Of a DNA stretch of 64,000 nucleotides, positions 1-10,555 are shown piece after piece. A program made the position numbers and the translations under genes. The notes under the pieces were generated by a model. The model was not told the DNA's origin and did not search any database. It saw only the letters and a program-made list of their open reading frames with translations. The stretch is from positions 1,729,027 through 1,793,026 of the forward strand of contig CP070630.1 in assembly GCA_020356025.1 (NCBI GenBank), written 5' to 3'. The stretch comes from Dehalococcoidia bacterium. GTDB lineage: Bacteria > Chloroflexota > Dehalococcoidia > SM23-28-2. Each line of letters begins with the position of its first letter. Position 1 is the first letter of the stretch.

Positions 1-1
1 C

Positions 2-310
2 ACCTCTACAGCAGACCTGGCTAGCAAGATAGCCTGGCTCATCACGACCACCAACTATGGCATCTGGCACATCACCAACGCCGGCGAGGCCTCCTGGTAC
101 GACTTTGCAGCCAAGATCTTTCAGTTGGCCAACCTGAGACCGAACCTGTCCCCGACAACCACCGCCGATTTTGGCGCCAAAGCGCGGCGACCGTCCTACT
201 CGGTCCTAGACCATGGCAGGCTACGCGCCCTCGGCGTCGATAACCTTCCCCCCTGGGAAGACGCCTTGAGCCGCTACCTGACGCAGATAGAAGTGGTGTC
301 GCCAGTGTAG
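2..310 (+). CDS. rfbD: dTDP-4-dehydrorhamnose reductase (RmlD/RfbD), C-terminal fragment; 5' end lies outside the window
   Basis: Frame 2 translation TSTADLASKIAWLITTTNYGIWHITNAGEASWYDFAAKIFQLANL...ARRPSYSVLD matches the conserved RmlD C-terminus (WYDFA...RP.YS.LD). ORF is open to position 2 and stops at 308-310. Confidence 0.7.
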   Translation, partial: TSTADLASKIAWLITTTNYGIWHITNAGEASWYDFAAKIFQLANLRPNLSPTTTADFGAKARRPSYSVLDHGRLRALGVDNLPPWEDALSRYLTQIEVVSPV

Positions 311-589
311 GACCAACTTACCCCAGCGAACCCGCCCCTATAACCTGGATACCATGTCCCCCTTTATGTCACGATCGTCCGCGGCCTCCTCAGCCTCCGT
401 GGTCGCGTCGCCCCCCACCAGCGGTAGCCCCTCTCCCTTCTGCTCCTGACCAGCCTCTCACAAAACGGCCCCACAAGTCGCAATCGTTGAAGACATAACG
501 AAACATTCCCTATCCTCGGGCGTCTTTATGTAGAGAGGCACGGCAAGCGCCCCTCGTGCGCTCGCCCGTGCTCTGCTTGGATCGCCACG

Positions 590-2440
590 ATGGCAAGTAC
601 CTGGCGAACGGCAACCATCGTCGCTCTGGCGGCCTGCGCCGTCTTCTCGGCGGTAGGCTGGCAGCATGGCGCTGCCAGCCCGCTGGCTGTTGTCGATTTG
701 GCTTCGGACGTCCCGACCTCCCACATCTTCGGTGTCCAGGTCGCCGACAAGATGGGCCAGTCCTTGGCAGCCGACGATTTCAACGGCGACGGCACAGACG
801 ACATTCTCATCAGTGCAGACGAGGCCGACGGCCCCGGCGACGAGCGGTTTGCGGCCGGCGAGGCCTACATCATCTTCGGCTCGTCCTCGCTGGCTGACGT
901 CATCGACCTGGCCACCGGCGCGGCGGACGTGACTATCTACGGGGCAGAAGCCAACGACCACCTGGCCGAGGACGTGCTGGCCACCGGCGATTTCAACGAC
1001 GATGGATTCGCCGACGCGCTGATCGCCGCCCGCTACGCCGACGGTCCCGGCAACAGTAGGTCAGACGCCGGCGAGGTCTACCTCGTCTTCGGTTCCGCCA
1101 GCATGGGCGGCTCCATCGACATCGCCTCCTCTCAGCAGGATGTCACCATTTACGGCGCCGACGCCGGCGACCACCTGGCCACCTCCGCCGCCGTCGGCGA
1201 CGTGAACGGCGACGACAACGATGACATCATCCTGGGCATACGGGACGGCGATGGGCCAGCCAACGCCAGAAGCAACGCAGGCGAGGCCTACGTGATCTTC
1301 GGCTCCCCCACCCTCAGCGGCGTCATCGACCTCGCCGCCGGCGGGGCAGACCTGACCATCTACGGTACAAGGGCCAGCGACCACCTGGGCTTCTCAGTGG
1401 CCAGCGGTGACTTCAGCGGAGATGGCACCGCTGACATCCTCGTAACCGCCACCTGGGCCTACGGACCGGGAGATCCCCCGCGCCTCGCGGGCGAGGCCTA
1501 CGTCGTCTTCGGCTCCCCCACCCTTTCCGGAACCATCGACATCGCCTCCTCCCAGCAGGATTTCACCATCTACGGCGTCGACCTCCAGGATGAACTCGGC
1601 AACACGGCCGCCGGCGACCTGAACGGCGACGGCGTCGACGACATCGTGTTGGTAGCGTGGCGTGGCGACGGGCCGCTAAACGCCCGGCCGACCGCCGGTG
1701 ACGCCTACGCCATATTCGGCCCCATTGCCCAGGGCGGAGTCCTAGATCTCGCCTTGTCCGAACACGACCTGACGATCTACGGCGTCGACAGCGACGACAA
1801 GCTCGCTCAGTACGTCTACTCCCTGACCATAGGCGACTTCAACGCCGATGCCGTCGACGACATCCTGGTCGGCACTGCCGCGGCCGATGGCCCCAACAAC
1901 AGCCGCAACCTGGCCGGCGAGTCTTATGTCATCTTCGGCCTGCCTGCCCTAGCAGGAACGATTGACCTTGCCTCGGCCGAGGAGATCGTCACTATCTACG
2001 GCGCCGCCGACGGCGACAAGCTTGGCTCAGTGGCTGCGGGCGACGTGAATGGTGATGGGATCGATGAGGTGCTGGTGGCGGCGCCTTACGCAGACGGAGT
2101 GGACAAGAGTAGGCTGGCCTGCGGCGAGGCCTATGTGATCCGCCTGGGCGACAGCGACGGCGACACTGATGGCTTCCTCGATCTGGTCGAGCTGTACCTG
2201 GGCACCGACCCCTTGGACAACTGCCCCGACGACCCCAGCGACGACGCCTGGCCCTTGGATATCAACATGGACACGGAGATTACAGTCGCGGGCGACTGCC
2301 TCAACTTTCGCGACCGCATCGGCGCCGCACCGGGCGACCCCGAGTGGTGGCAGCGCCTCGACCTGAACGCGGACGGCATGATCAGCGCCGTCGGCGACGC
2401 GCTGCTGTATAGGGGGATGATTGGAGAGAGCTGCACGTAG
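590..2440 (+). CDS. Secreted FG-GAP (integrin-alpha-like) beta-propeller repeat protein with C-terminal TSP3-like Ca-binding plus dockerin-like module
   Basis: N-terminal signal peptide (MASTWRTATIVALAACAVFSAVG). About 8 repeats of DFNGDGxDD...GEAYxIFGS. C-terminal DSDGDTDG...DPLDNCPDD...DINMDTEITVAGD...LDLNADGMISAVGDALLY (two D-x-N-x-D-G EF-hand-like segments). Confidence 0.8.
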   Translation: MASTWRTATIVALAACAVFSAVGWQHGAASPLAVVDLASDVPTSHIFGVQVADKMGQSLAADDFNGDGTDDILISADEADGPGDERFAAGEAYIIFGSSSLADVIDLATGAADVTIYGAEANDHLAEDVLATGDFNDDGFADALIAARYADGPGNSRSDAGEVYLVFGSASMGGSIDIASSQQDVTIYGADAGDHLATSAAVGDVNGDDNDDIILGIRDGDGPANARSNAGEAYVIFGSPTLSGVIDLAAGGADLTIYGTRASDHLGFSVASGDFSGDGTADILVTATWAYGPGDPPRLAGEAYVVFGSPTLSGTIDIASSQQDFTIYGVDLQDELGNTAAGDLNGDGVDDIVLVAWRGDGPLNARPTAGDAYAIFGPIAQGGVLDLALSEHDLTIYGVDSDDKLAQYVYSLTIGDFNADAVDDILVGTAAADGPNNSRNLAGESYVIFGLPALAGTIDLASAEEIVTIYGAADGDKLGSVAAGDVNGDGIDEVLVAAPYADGVDKSRLACGEAYVIRLGDSDGDTDGFLDLVELYLGTDPLDNCPDDPSDDAWPLDINMDTEITVAGDCLNFRDRIGAAPGDPEWWQRLDLNADGMISAVGDALLYRGMIGESCT

Positions 2441-2511
2441 CGGGCTGCCCCTGCCAGTCCTCGCGCCTGTGGACAGCGTGGGGCCGCCAGCTCTGAGCAC
2501 GGAGGTTTGTC

Positions 2512-4215
<1,704 letters not shown>

Positions 4216-4243
4216 AGGCTACACGCCTGGCCCAACGTCGACT

Positions 4244-4268
4244 CCTGGCGCTCCTGCTCCTGAGCAGC
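4244..4268. terminator. Hairpin between convergent genes (peptidase + strand, cNMP-binding gene - strand), candidate bidirectional terminator
   Basis: GGCGCTCCTGCTCCTGAGCAGCGCC: GGCGCT..AGCGCC and GCTC..GAGC arms. No clear U-tract. Confidence 0.3.
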
Positions 4269-4314
4269 GCCACCGCGTGGTTCGTCGCGACGTCCTGAAG
4301 GGGGAAATACAGCG

Positions 4315-4719
4315 CTAGTGGCTAAGCGCTTGATCTGCCTGCCGCAGCCGCCCGCACAGGGTGACCAGCAGCTTTTCCTGGAGGCCGGGTACGCTATCCC
4401 GCAACAGCTTGAAATCCCGCCGACGAACCACCAGCAGGGTCATCGGCGTCTCGGCGATGACCGTCGCGCTGCGGGGCCCTCCATCGATCAGCGACAGTTC
4501 TCCTACGAAATCGCCAGGCCCAAGTTCAGCGATCGCCTTGCCACCAGTTTCCACTCGCGCCCTACCCTCGACTATCACAAACGCTTCCAGTCCATGCTGA
4601 CCCCGCTTGGTCAAGATCGCTCCTGGGCGGGCCCGGTGCGCGTCGGTGTACTTGGCAACGGCACCGAGGTGGCGTTGGCTAAGGCTCCGAAAGAGCGGCA
4701 CGTTTCGCAGCAACTCCAT
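4315..4719 (-). CDS. Cyclic-nucleotide-binding domain protein (Crp/Fnr-type cNMP domain, no obvious HTH)
   Basis: LLRNVPLFRSLSQRHLGAVA...PGDFVGELSLIDGGPRSATVIA (cNMP-binding signature). Start taken at internal Met (MELLRNVPLF). ORF extends to 4767. Confidence 0.65.
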   Translation of the reverse strand: MELLRNVPLFRSLSQRHLGAVAKYTDAHRARPGAILTKRGQHGLEAFVIVEGRARVETGGKAIAELGPGDFVGELSLIDGGPRSATVIAETPMTLLVVRRRDFKLLRDSVPGLQEKLLVTLCGRLRQADQALSH

Positions 4720-4848
4720 CTTATACGAGCGGCCGAAAGCAGGTGTTGACACAGGTACGCACCTCACACAAGAAAACTACGACGAGTCTACAGGCGCTCT
4801 CTCAGTATGTCAACATCCGCCGGCCGTGCCTTCCCTCCAGCCCGCCCC

Positions 4849-5067
4849 CTACTTCCCAGGCGGACTCAGCACCAGACGGAAACCGTCCTCAACATCCACG
4901 ACTGTTACGGAGTAGCCCCTGCTCTCGGCCAGCCGCGATACGTTCTCCTTCGAAACCCCGCTCTCTACAAGCACACCCAAAGATTCGGTCGGATTCTCAT
5001 CCATGGCCTTTTTGGCTTTGACCACTGGTATAGGGCAAGAGAGACCGCGAACATCGACCTCAATCAT
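4849..5067 (-). CDS. TusA/YedF-like sulfur/selenium carrier protein
   Basis: MIEVDVRGLSCPIPVVKAKKAM carries the TusA CPxP motif. GGAAGGAGGG SD upstream. ATGA start/stop overlap with the upstream gene (translational coupling). Confidence 0.75.
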   Translation of the reverse strand: MIEVDVRGLSCPIPVVKAKKAMDENPTESLGVLVESGVSKENVSRLAESRGYSVTVVDVEDGFRLVLSPPGK

Positions 5068-5960
5068 TGTTGCCCTCCTTCCGCATAGCAGACCCCACTC
5101 CACTGGCAGAGGTACTCTTTGAACACTGCCTGATACTGACCGATAATCTGCCGCACCCTGGTGGCTGGAGTAGCCTCTGCAAACTTCCCCGCCATGCGAT
5201 TCGATCTAGCGGCGACTATGGCTGCCTCCCGCAACTCCAGCCCAGCATGGACAAATGCGGATACAAGACCCGTGATAGTGTCCCCCGTCCCCCCAACAGC
5301 CTCCAGCGCAGGCACGTTGGGTTTCTCCACGCTAGCCACAATGTCCCCACTGTCCACCACATGATCGGTTGCCCCCTTGACCAGCAGCAGCCTGGCCGCG
5401 TTGTTGTGTTCGTAGGCGTCAGCGATAAGCCCTGGAATCTGACCCATGTCAGCATCGAAGAGGTGTCTGGCGATATACGCCGGGTGGGTGGCATCCCGGT
5501 CAGCCAGAAATGCCATCTCTGTGGCATCCGGCGTGAAGATGTCGAAATGAGAGGCCAGCCCCGCTGCCTTGGCCGCGTACATCGAGCCCGCGTCGGCGAT
5601 CATGAGCACCTTATCGGCGCATCTTTGGATGGATTCGCAGAGCCTCCTCATCAGGGCCATAATGGGAAGGCAATAGTGCAGCACCATTACCTGGGGAGAA
5701 ATGTCACTCACCTTCTGGATGAGATATTCGTAGATCTCCCGGCTACCCTTGCCCTGCCCGATGTCTCCTGCAACCACGACTTGGGGAGCGTCCAGCTCCA
5801 GGTAGTCGACCGCGGCCAGCGCAGCGCTGATCATGGCCCCGGTGCCCTGAGCACACGGGATCCGGCGGCCGTCGACAACCAGACCCTCCCCTTCGAGCAC
5901 AGCGCGCCCTATGGTTAGGGGAAAGTCCCTTATGGGTACAGTCCCGGCAACGAGCATCAT
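5064..5960 (-). CDS. YjeF_C / NAD(P)H-hydrate dehydratase-like carbohydrate-kinase-fold protein (function in this operon unknown)
   Basis: LLLVKGATDHVVDSGDIVASVEKPNVPALEAVGGTGDTITGLVSAFVHAG resembles the NnrD/YjeF_C motif (KG..T.I....G........NPG.ATGGSGDVL.G.I). Start placed at internal Met to avoid a 31-nt overlap. ORF open to 5993. Confidence 0.45.
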   Translation of the reverse strand: MMLVAGTVPIRDFPLTIGRAVLEGEGLVVDGRRIPCAQGTGAMISAALAAVDYLELDAPQVVVAGDIGQGKGSREIYEYLIQKVSDISPQVMVLHYCLPIMALMRRLCESIQRCADKVLMIADAGSMYAAKAAGLASHFDIFTPDATEMAFLADRDATHPAYIARHLFDADMGQIPGLIADAYEHNNAARLLLVKGATDHVVDSGDIVASVEKPNVPALEAVGGTGDTITGLVSAFVHAGLELREAAIVAARSNRMAGKFAEATPATRVRQIIGQYQAVFKEYLCQWSGVCYAEGGQQ

Positions 5961-5962
5961 CG

Positions 5963-6502
5963 CTACCCACCTCCCCGCCAGAGAATCAAGCACTCTTCAA
6001 GGGCCCGGTCCAGCATCAGAGCGCACAGGGTGAAGCCTATATCCCTGGGCCGCGGGGCCTCGGTTAGCCTCTTATCCACAAGCTCAGAGTGCAGATAGGG
6101 AATATCAGGGCAGCCCCCACCTGAAACGTTAACAATGATGCCGCTCGCCTTGTCGAAGGAAAGCTTCATATTGCCCGCCTTCACCATCACCTGGTCGCCG
6201 AAATCCGTCGCCTTGACGATTCCCAGGAGCTCCGAAGTGCCTACCCTAAGCGGAGCGACGTCGACATACGTGGCATCCTTCTCCTTGAGCACCCGCTCAA
6301 TGCCGGGCTGTTCCACCAGGTTCACCTCCAGCGCCAGGTCACAGCCTTTGCGCAACTTTGGCGGCGGAGCAACCAACTTGACAGCGTAGTCTGCTTTTCG
6401 GAGCACCTTCTCCGCCCTCACTGCATCCTGTACGTCCTCGAAAAGCACTAGCCCTCCGCCCTCGAAGGAAGGCTTCTTTCGTCTGAGGAATGCCATGATC
6501 AC
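5963..6502 (-). CDS. DUF3343-domain protein (putative S/Se carrier, YedE-associated) with Cys-containing C-terminal extension
   Basis: GLVLFEDVQDAVRAEKVLRKADYAVKLVAPPPKLRKGCDLALEV matches the DUF3343 pattern (..LIPTPREISSDCGLAL). Eight nt downstream of yedE stop. Confidence 0.6.
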   Translation of the reverse strand: MIMAFLRRKKPSFEGGGLVLFEDVQDAVRAEKVLRKADYAVKLVAPPPKLRKGCDLALEVNLVEQPGIERVLKEKDATYVDVAPLRVGTSELLGIVKATDFGDQVMVKAGNMKLSFDKASGIIVNVSGGGCPDIPYLHSELVDKRLTEAPRPRDIGFTLCALMLDRALEECLILWRGGG

Positions 6503-6509
6503 CTACCCC

Positions 6510-7703
6510 CTAAGCTTCGTCCCCGGCGGCGACCTTCACCCTGGGACGAGCCTTCTTCCACCAAGCCATCAACCACGCCTTGTCCATCGCCGCAAAGCCA
6601 ATGGCAGCCGCCACCACCAGACCGATAACGACCGCCTCCGGCCCGTATGGACTGACGCCGGCGGGCGAGCTAGCGAGGTTGAAGTTGTGGGCGAAGGCTG
6701 CCCCGGTGATCATACCGAGCACGAACACGGCCGCGTCGCCATCACCTTCGCCGGACAGGAAGAGCTGCCTGCCGGGGCACCCCCCCGCCAGCGCGAAGCA
6801 CAGCCCGGCAAGCGCCATGCCCAAGAAGTTCCACAGATGATTGTCGTGGGCCACCGGTTGGTCGGCAAAGCCAAGCTTCAGCAGCTCCTCATCAGTGAAC
6901 CCATGGATCACGGCGTTGGTGACCACTGCGGCGGCCAGAAGGGCGAGCACTCCGCTCAACAGGTGACTGTCCCTGACAAGCACGACATCGCGGATGGCGC
7001 CCATAGTGCAGAAGCGAGTACGTTGCGCCAGCACGCCGACCACAATTCCCACCACCAGCGACACCCAAATCGCAGGATGCAGCGACCCCGGCCCTTCGAT
7101 GCTATCGAAGATGGGGCCGACAAGGTTGCCGTCGGCGTCGCGCCCGAACTCCGGCGTGTAGATAGCGAGCAGCAGCAGGCCGAGCATGGCCGCCGGCAGC
7201 ACTAGGCCGATGATGAGCGGCGCCCGCTGCGCCCGGCCCAGGTTGTAACCGCTCCCGATAAACATCGCCCCCACGGTTACACCGGCCACCAGCCCCGTCA
7301 GACCTAGGATAGCGTTCAGGTCGCCGCCCGCCAGGCGCAGCAGGGCACGCCAGGGACAGCCCAGGAACACCAGCGCTCCAATCATGGCAGAGACGCCGAG
7401 AGCAAAGCGGACGATCGGCGCCGAACCGGCGCGCGCCCTGAACTCCCGGAACAGGACGGCGGCTAGCAGTGCCCCCAGCACGAAGCCGATTATCTCCGGC
7501 CGTATGTACTGGACGACATCGGCCCTGTGCAGCCCGAGCGCTCCGGCGATGTCGCGCTCAAAGCAGGCCACACAGATGCCCATGTTCTTAGGGTTGCCCC
7601 AATACACCAGCAGTGGGGCAAGGATCCCGATGAAAGCTCCCGCAAAGATGATCCCCCAGCGTGAGGCGAAAAAACTGTTGAGCTTAGACATATAGTCGGC
7701 CAT
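6510..7703 (-). CDS. yedE: YedE/YeeE family membrane protein (thiosulfate/selenium-related transporter, two DUF395 repeats)
   Basis: Polytopic membrane protein. GICVACFERD and LAGGCPGRQLF conserved Cys motifs typical of YeeE/YedE. Start taken at MADYMSKLNSFF. ORF open to 7919. Confidence 0.75.
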   Translation of the reverse strand: MADYMSKLNSFFASRWGIIFAGAFIGILAPLLVYWGNPKNMGICVACFERDIAGALGLHRADVVQYIRPEIIGFVLGALLAAVLFREFRARAGSAPIVRFALGVSAMIGALVFLGCPWRALLRLAGGDLNAILGLTGLVAGVTVGAMFIGSGYNLGRAQRAPLIIGLVLPAAMLGLLLLAIYTPEFGRDADGNLVGPIFDSIEGPGSLHPAIWVSLVVGIVVGVLAQRTRFCTMGAIRDVVLVRDSHLLSGVLALLAAAVVTNAVIHGFTDEELLKLGFADQPVAHDNHLWNFLGMALAGLCFALAGGCPGRQLFLSGEGDGDAAVFVLGMITGAAFAHNFNLASSPAGVSPYGPEAVVIGLVVAAAIGFAAMDKAWLMAWWKKARPRVKVAAGDEA

Positions 7704-8130
7704 TGCTGATTCCTTCTCCTTGCGCTCGACAAGTGAAAGGACGCCATCATCCGCTGGCGGCGATGTCGTGTGATCGATACCTACGCCAAGCGTCTGATGC
7801 GCCCCCCTGCGTGGCGCTGGGCGGGGTCTCGAGCGAGCCTCAAGCCGTCGCTCTGCTGCGGCTAGCCCGGCTTTTGAGAGGTTAGGTGTTTGGAGACGAG
7901 GCGACCAGCTAGACCACAACGGGAAGAGAGGCTACTCGAGCAAATGACTGGCGCAGAACCTGCGTCACGCCCCTAGGGCGCTTCCGTCAGACTCACGTGA
8001 AGCCGAGGCGCGGCAGCCAGGTCATCGCTCTCACCTCCTTCCCTCGTGGCCAAAGCTAGTCCCTCAAATGCGGGGGGCTATCACCGAGATCATCCCCACC
8101 GCGGGCGCTTGGGTCAAGCGTCGCACTGCG

Positions 8131-8748
8131 CTAGCCAACCTCCCGCAGCAATCTCACAGCCTCCTCAAGGTCGGCCTGCGTGTTGATGTTGAAGAAGCTC
8201 AGGTGGCGGGGGTCGATGCGGTCGATCGTTCCTTCGTCCACGTAGCGTACTCTCACCGCCTCAAACAAGGGCGCGATCTTGAGGTCGCCCGCTCGCACCA
8301 TCCGTTCCATCGGCGTGAGGCAGGCCTTAGAGTAGAGCGCGTGAAGGGGCTCGATCTGACCTCCCAGGAGCGGGACCACCGCGTCGACGTTGCTGCTCTC
8401 CCCTATCAGATGGCGAAGCAGTTCACCGTTTAGGAACGGCATGTCGCAGGCCAAGACCAGGCTCCACGGCTCGGCCGAAGCGTCGAGTCCGCTGAAGATT
8501 CCCCCAAGCGACCCCCTGCCGGGGTAGCGGTCGCTCACCACCCGCACCGAGGGCGGCAGGCGAAAGGCCGCCGCCTGCTCGGGCTGCGCTACCACTACCA
8601 GCACCTCGGTTGTCAGAGGCACAAGGCTGTCTATCACCCGCTCGATGAGCGCCTTGCCGCTGATGCGCTCCAACGCCTTGTTCCTTCCCAGGCGCCAACT
8701 CGCGCCACCAGCCAGGATGACCCCGCTCACCTTAGTCGGCTTACCCAT
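8131..8748 (-). CDS. mobA: MobA-like molybdenum cofactor nucleotidyltransferase
   Basis: GVILAGGASWRLGRNKALERISGKALIERVIDSL is the MobA NTP-transferase N-terminal motif. About 205 aa. Confidence 0.7.
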   Translation of the reverse strand: MGKPTKVSGVILAGGASWRLGRNKALERISGKALIERVIDSLVPLTTEVLVVVAQPEQAAAFRLPPSVRVVSDRYPGRGSLGGIFSGLDASAEPWSLVLACDMPFLNGELLRHLIGESSNVDAVVPLLGGQIEPLHALYSKACLTPMERMVRAGDLKIAPLFEAVRVRYVDEGTIDRIDPRHLSFFNINTQADLEEAVRLLREVG

Positions 8749-8889
8749 GACGCCACCGATTATACCGCCCCACAATCCTCATTGCCGTCAAGCTCTCCTC
8801 TTCCGCCTTGACCGCCCTCAGTGCCTGTGGGTAGGATCGGGACGCCAATGGAGCGAGGCTCTAGGCAATTTCTCTGGGGAGGCCCAGTG

Positions 8890-9432
8890 ATGGCGAGGGG
8901 AAAGATACTCCAGAGCAACCTTGCGTTCAGGCTCATGACGTTTGCCTTCAAGCTCCGAGACCTGTTCCAGAACCCGCGGCGGAGCCTGGAGAAGGCTCAA
9001 CTGGCAAAGGGAATGTCCGTGGTCGACTACGGCTGTGGACCGGGCAGCTTCACGATACCCGCGGCGGAGCTGGTAGGACACGAGGGCAAAGTCTTTGCCG
9101 TGGACATCCACCCACTCGCTATCAGCACTGTAGAACAGAAAGCCTCACGTAAGGGCTTGCAGAACGTGGAAACGGTTCTGGTTCGGGGATATGACACCGG
9201 GATTGAAGAATCGAGCGTAGACCGAGTCTTGCTCATCGACACAATTCACTTGATAGATGACCCCGATGCCCTGTTCCGCGAAATTCATCGGATGCTCAAG
9301 CCGGATGGCCTCCTCTTCATGGAGAAAGGCCACATGGCCATGTCCGACCAAAAGAGCATTCTGGAGAAGACCGGCCTTTTCAAGATAACCGAGTCCCAAG
9401 ACCTGATGATCCTGGCTACCCCCCAGTCATAG
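8890..9432 (+). CDS. Class I SAM-dependent methyltransferase
   Basis: VVDYGCGPGSFTIPAAELVGHEGKVFAVDIHP (motif I). GGGGAGG SD 8 nt upstream of ATG at 8890. ORF open from 8821. Confidence 0.7.
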   Translation: MARGKILQSNLAFRLMTFAFKLRDLFQNPRRSLEKAQLAKGMSVVDYGCGPGSFTIPAAELVGHEGKVFAVDIHPLAISTVEQKASRKGLQNVETVLVRGYDTGIEESSVDRVLLIDTIHLIDDPDALFREIHRMLKPDGLLFMEKGHMAMSDQKSILEKTGLFKITESQDLMILATPQS

Positions 9433-9469
9433 TCCTAGCGCTTTGTGAAGGTGAACGGAGGGATCGAAA

Positions 9470-9634
9470 ATGGGCAGAGCAGCAGCGCTCGCAGGTGTGA
9501 TCATCGTCGCTCTCATGCTGGTGGGAACGATACCGGTAGGGATCGATAATGCTTGGTTGTGGAGCCTGCTCGCTCTCTTCCTAGTGGCTATGGTAGCGCC
9601 TGGCCGAACGGGACGGCGGAAGAGATCAGACTGA
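9470..9634 (+). CDS. Small hydrophobic protein (54 aa, two predicted TM segments); not in ORF track
   Basis: GGAGGG SD 7 nt upstream of ATG. Translation MGRAAALAGVIIVALMLVGTIPVGIDNAWLWSLLALFLVAMVAPGRTGRRKRSD. Confidence 0.4.
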   Translation: MGRAAALAGVIIVALMLVGTIPVGIDNAWLWSLLALFLVAMVAPGRTGRRKRSD

Positions 9635-9655
9635 AAGCCCGCGGCCTCTCCACCC

Positions 9656-10501
9656 TTACCGCACTCCGTACCCGGCCTCGACCGCTGCAACGTCCATGGC
9701 CACGGTCAGCACACGTTCCGCCGCCAGCAATCGCTTTCCGGCAACCTGCCGTAGGTCGATCGTCTTGAGGTAGCGGCGGCACTGCTCGCAGACGTTGAGG
9801 CGATACACCTGATCCTCGCTGGCGTAGTAGGCCAGTTGCTGCGGATCGTCATTGCCGCAGAACGGGCAGCCCACTCGCCGGAACGCCCACTCGCTGTCGC
9901 AGCGCGAGCAGAGGAGTCGCCGCCGCCCGCTCTCTTGTTCCAGGGCGGCCACGTCCGGCTCGCCGCCGCAGATCGGACAGTGGCCGCGATACCACACGCT
10001 CTCGTCGACCCAGGGAGTGAGCGCCTGCGCCTGAACTCGCAAGAAGGGACGCAGGGCGTTGATGAAAACGAAGGTGAGGAGATAGGCGTCGAGCCCCGCT
10101 TCCTCTCCCTCGCGGACCCGACCCTCTCGCAGGTACTCCGCAGCGACGGCCCCGATCCGGTCTCGTCTCTCGTCCAGCCAGCCACGAACCCCGGCCAAGG
10201 CCTCGGCCAACTCCGGCCTGCGCTCAGCCACGATGTGTCCTATCTGGTCAAAGAGTTCAGCCAGAGCCTGGTCGTCCGCCACGAGATGCTCCGGCGCAAG
10301 CAAAGGATACCCTTGCTGAAGCCGCTCGGCGGCCTCCTCGCTGCTCAGAGCCAGCCGACCGGCCGGGACCTGAGCGTGGGCTTGGGCCTCGAGCAGTTCG
10401 CAGTGCAGTTCGATAGTGTCAGCTAACCCGGCCCGCTTGCCAGCCTGGCTGTGTAGCTCTTGCAGGATCTCGGCGTAACCAACCACTACAGCCCCCCACA
10501 A
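9656..10501 (-). CDS. fdhE: Formate dehydrogenase accessory protein FdhE
   Basis: Paired CxxC motifs WYRGHCPICGGEPD...LLCSRCDSEW...VGCPFCGN...NVCEQCRRYLK typical of FdhE. Confidence 0.8.
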   Translation of the reverse strand: MWGAVVVGYAEILQELHSQAGKRAGLADTIELHCELLEAQAHAQVPAGRLALSSEEAAERLQQGYPLLAPEHLVADDQALAELFDQIGHIVAERRPELAEALAGVRGWLDERRDRIGAVAAEYLREGRVREGEEAGLDAYLLTFVFINALRPFLRVQAQALTPWVDESVWYRGHCPICGGEPDVAALEQESGRRRLLCSRCDSEWAFRRVGCPFCGNDDPQQLAYYASEDQVYRLNVCEQCRRYLKTIDLRQVAGKRLLAAERVLTVAMDVAAVEAGYGVR

Positions 10502-10555
10502 CCCAGCTTACCATTTTCCCCGTGTCTTCCAACCGCTGTCAGTGGTGTGGCACGC

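Noticed and set aside
7940-7965. Imperfect palindrome TGGCGCAG-aac-CTGCGTCA in the mobA-yedE spacer
   Set aside because: One mismatch, no U-tract, 240 nt from the yedE start. Cannot distinguish terminator, operator or chance.
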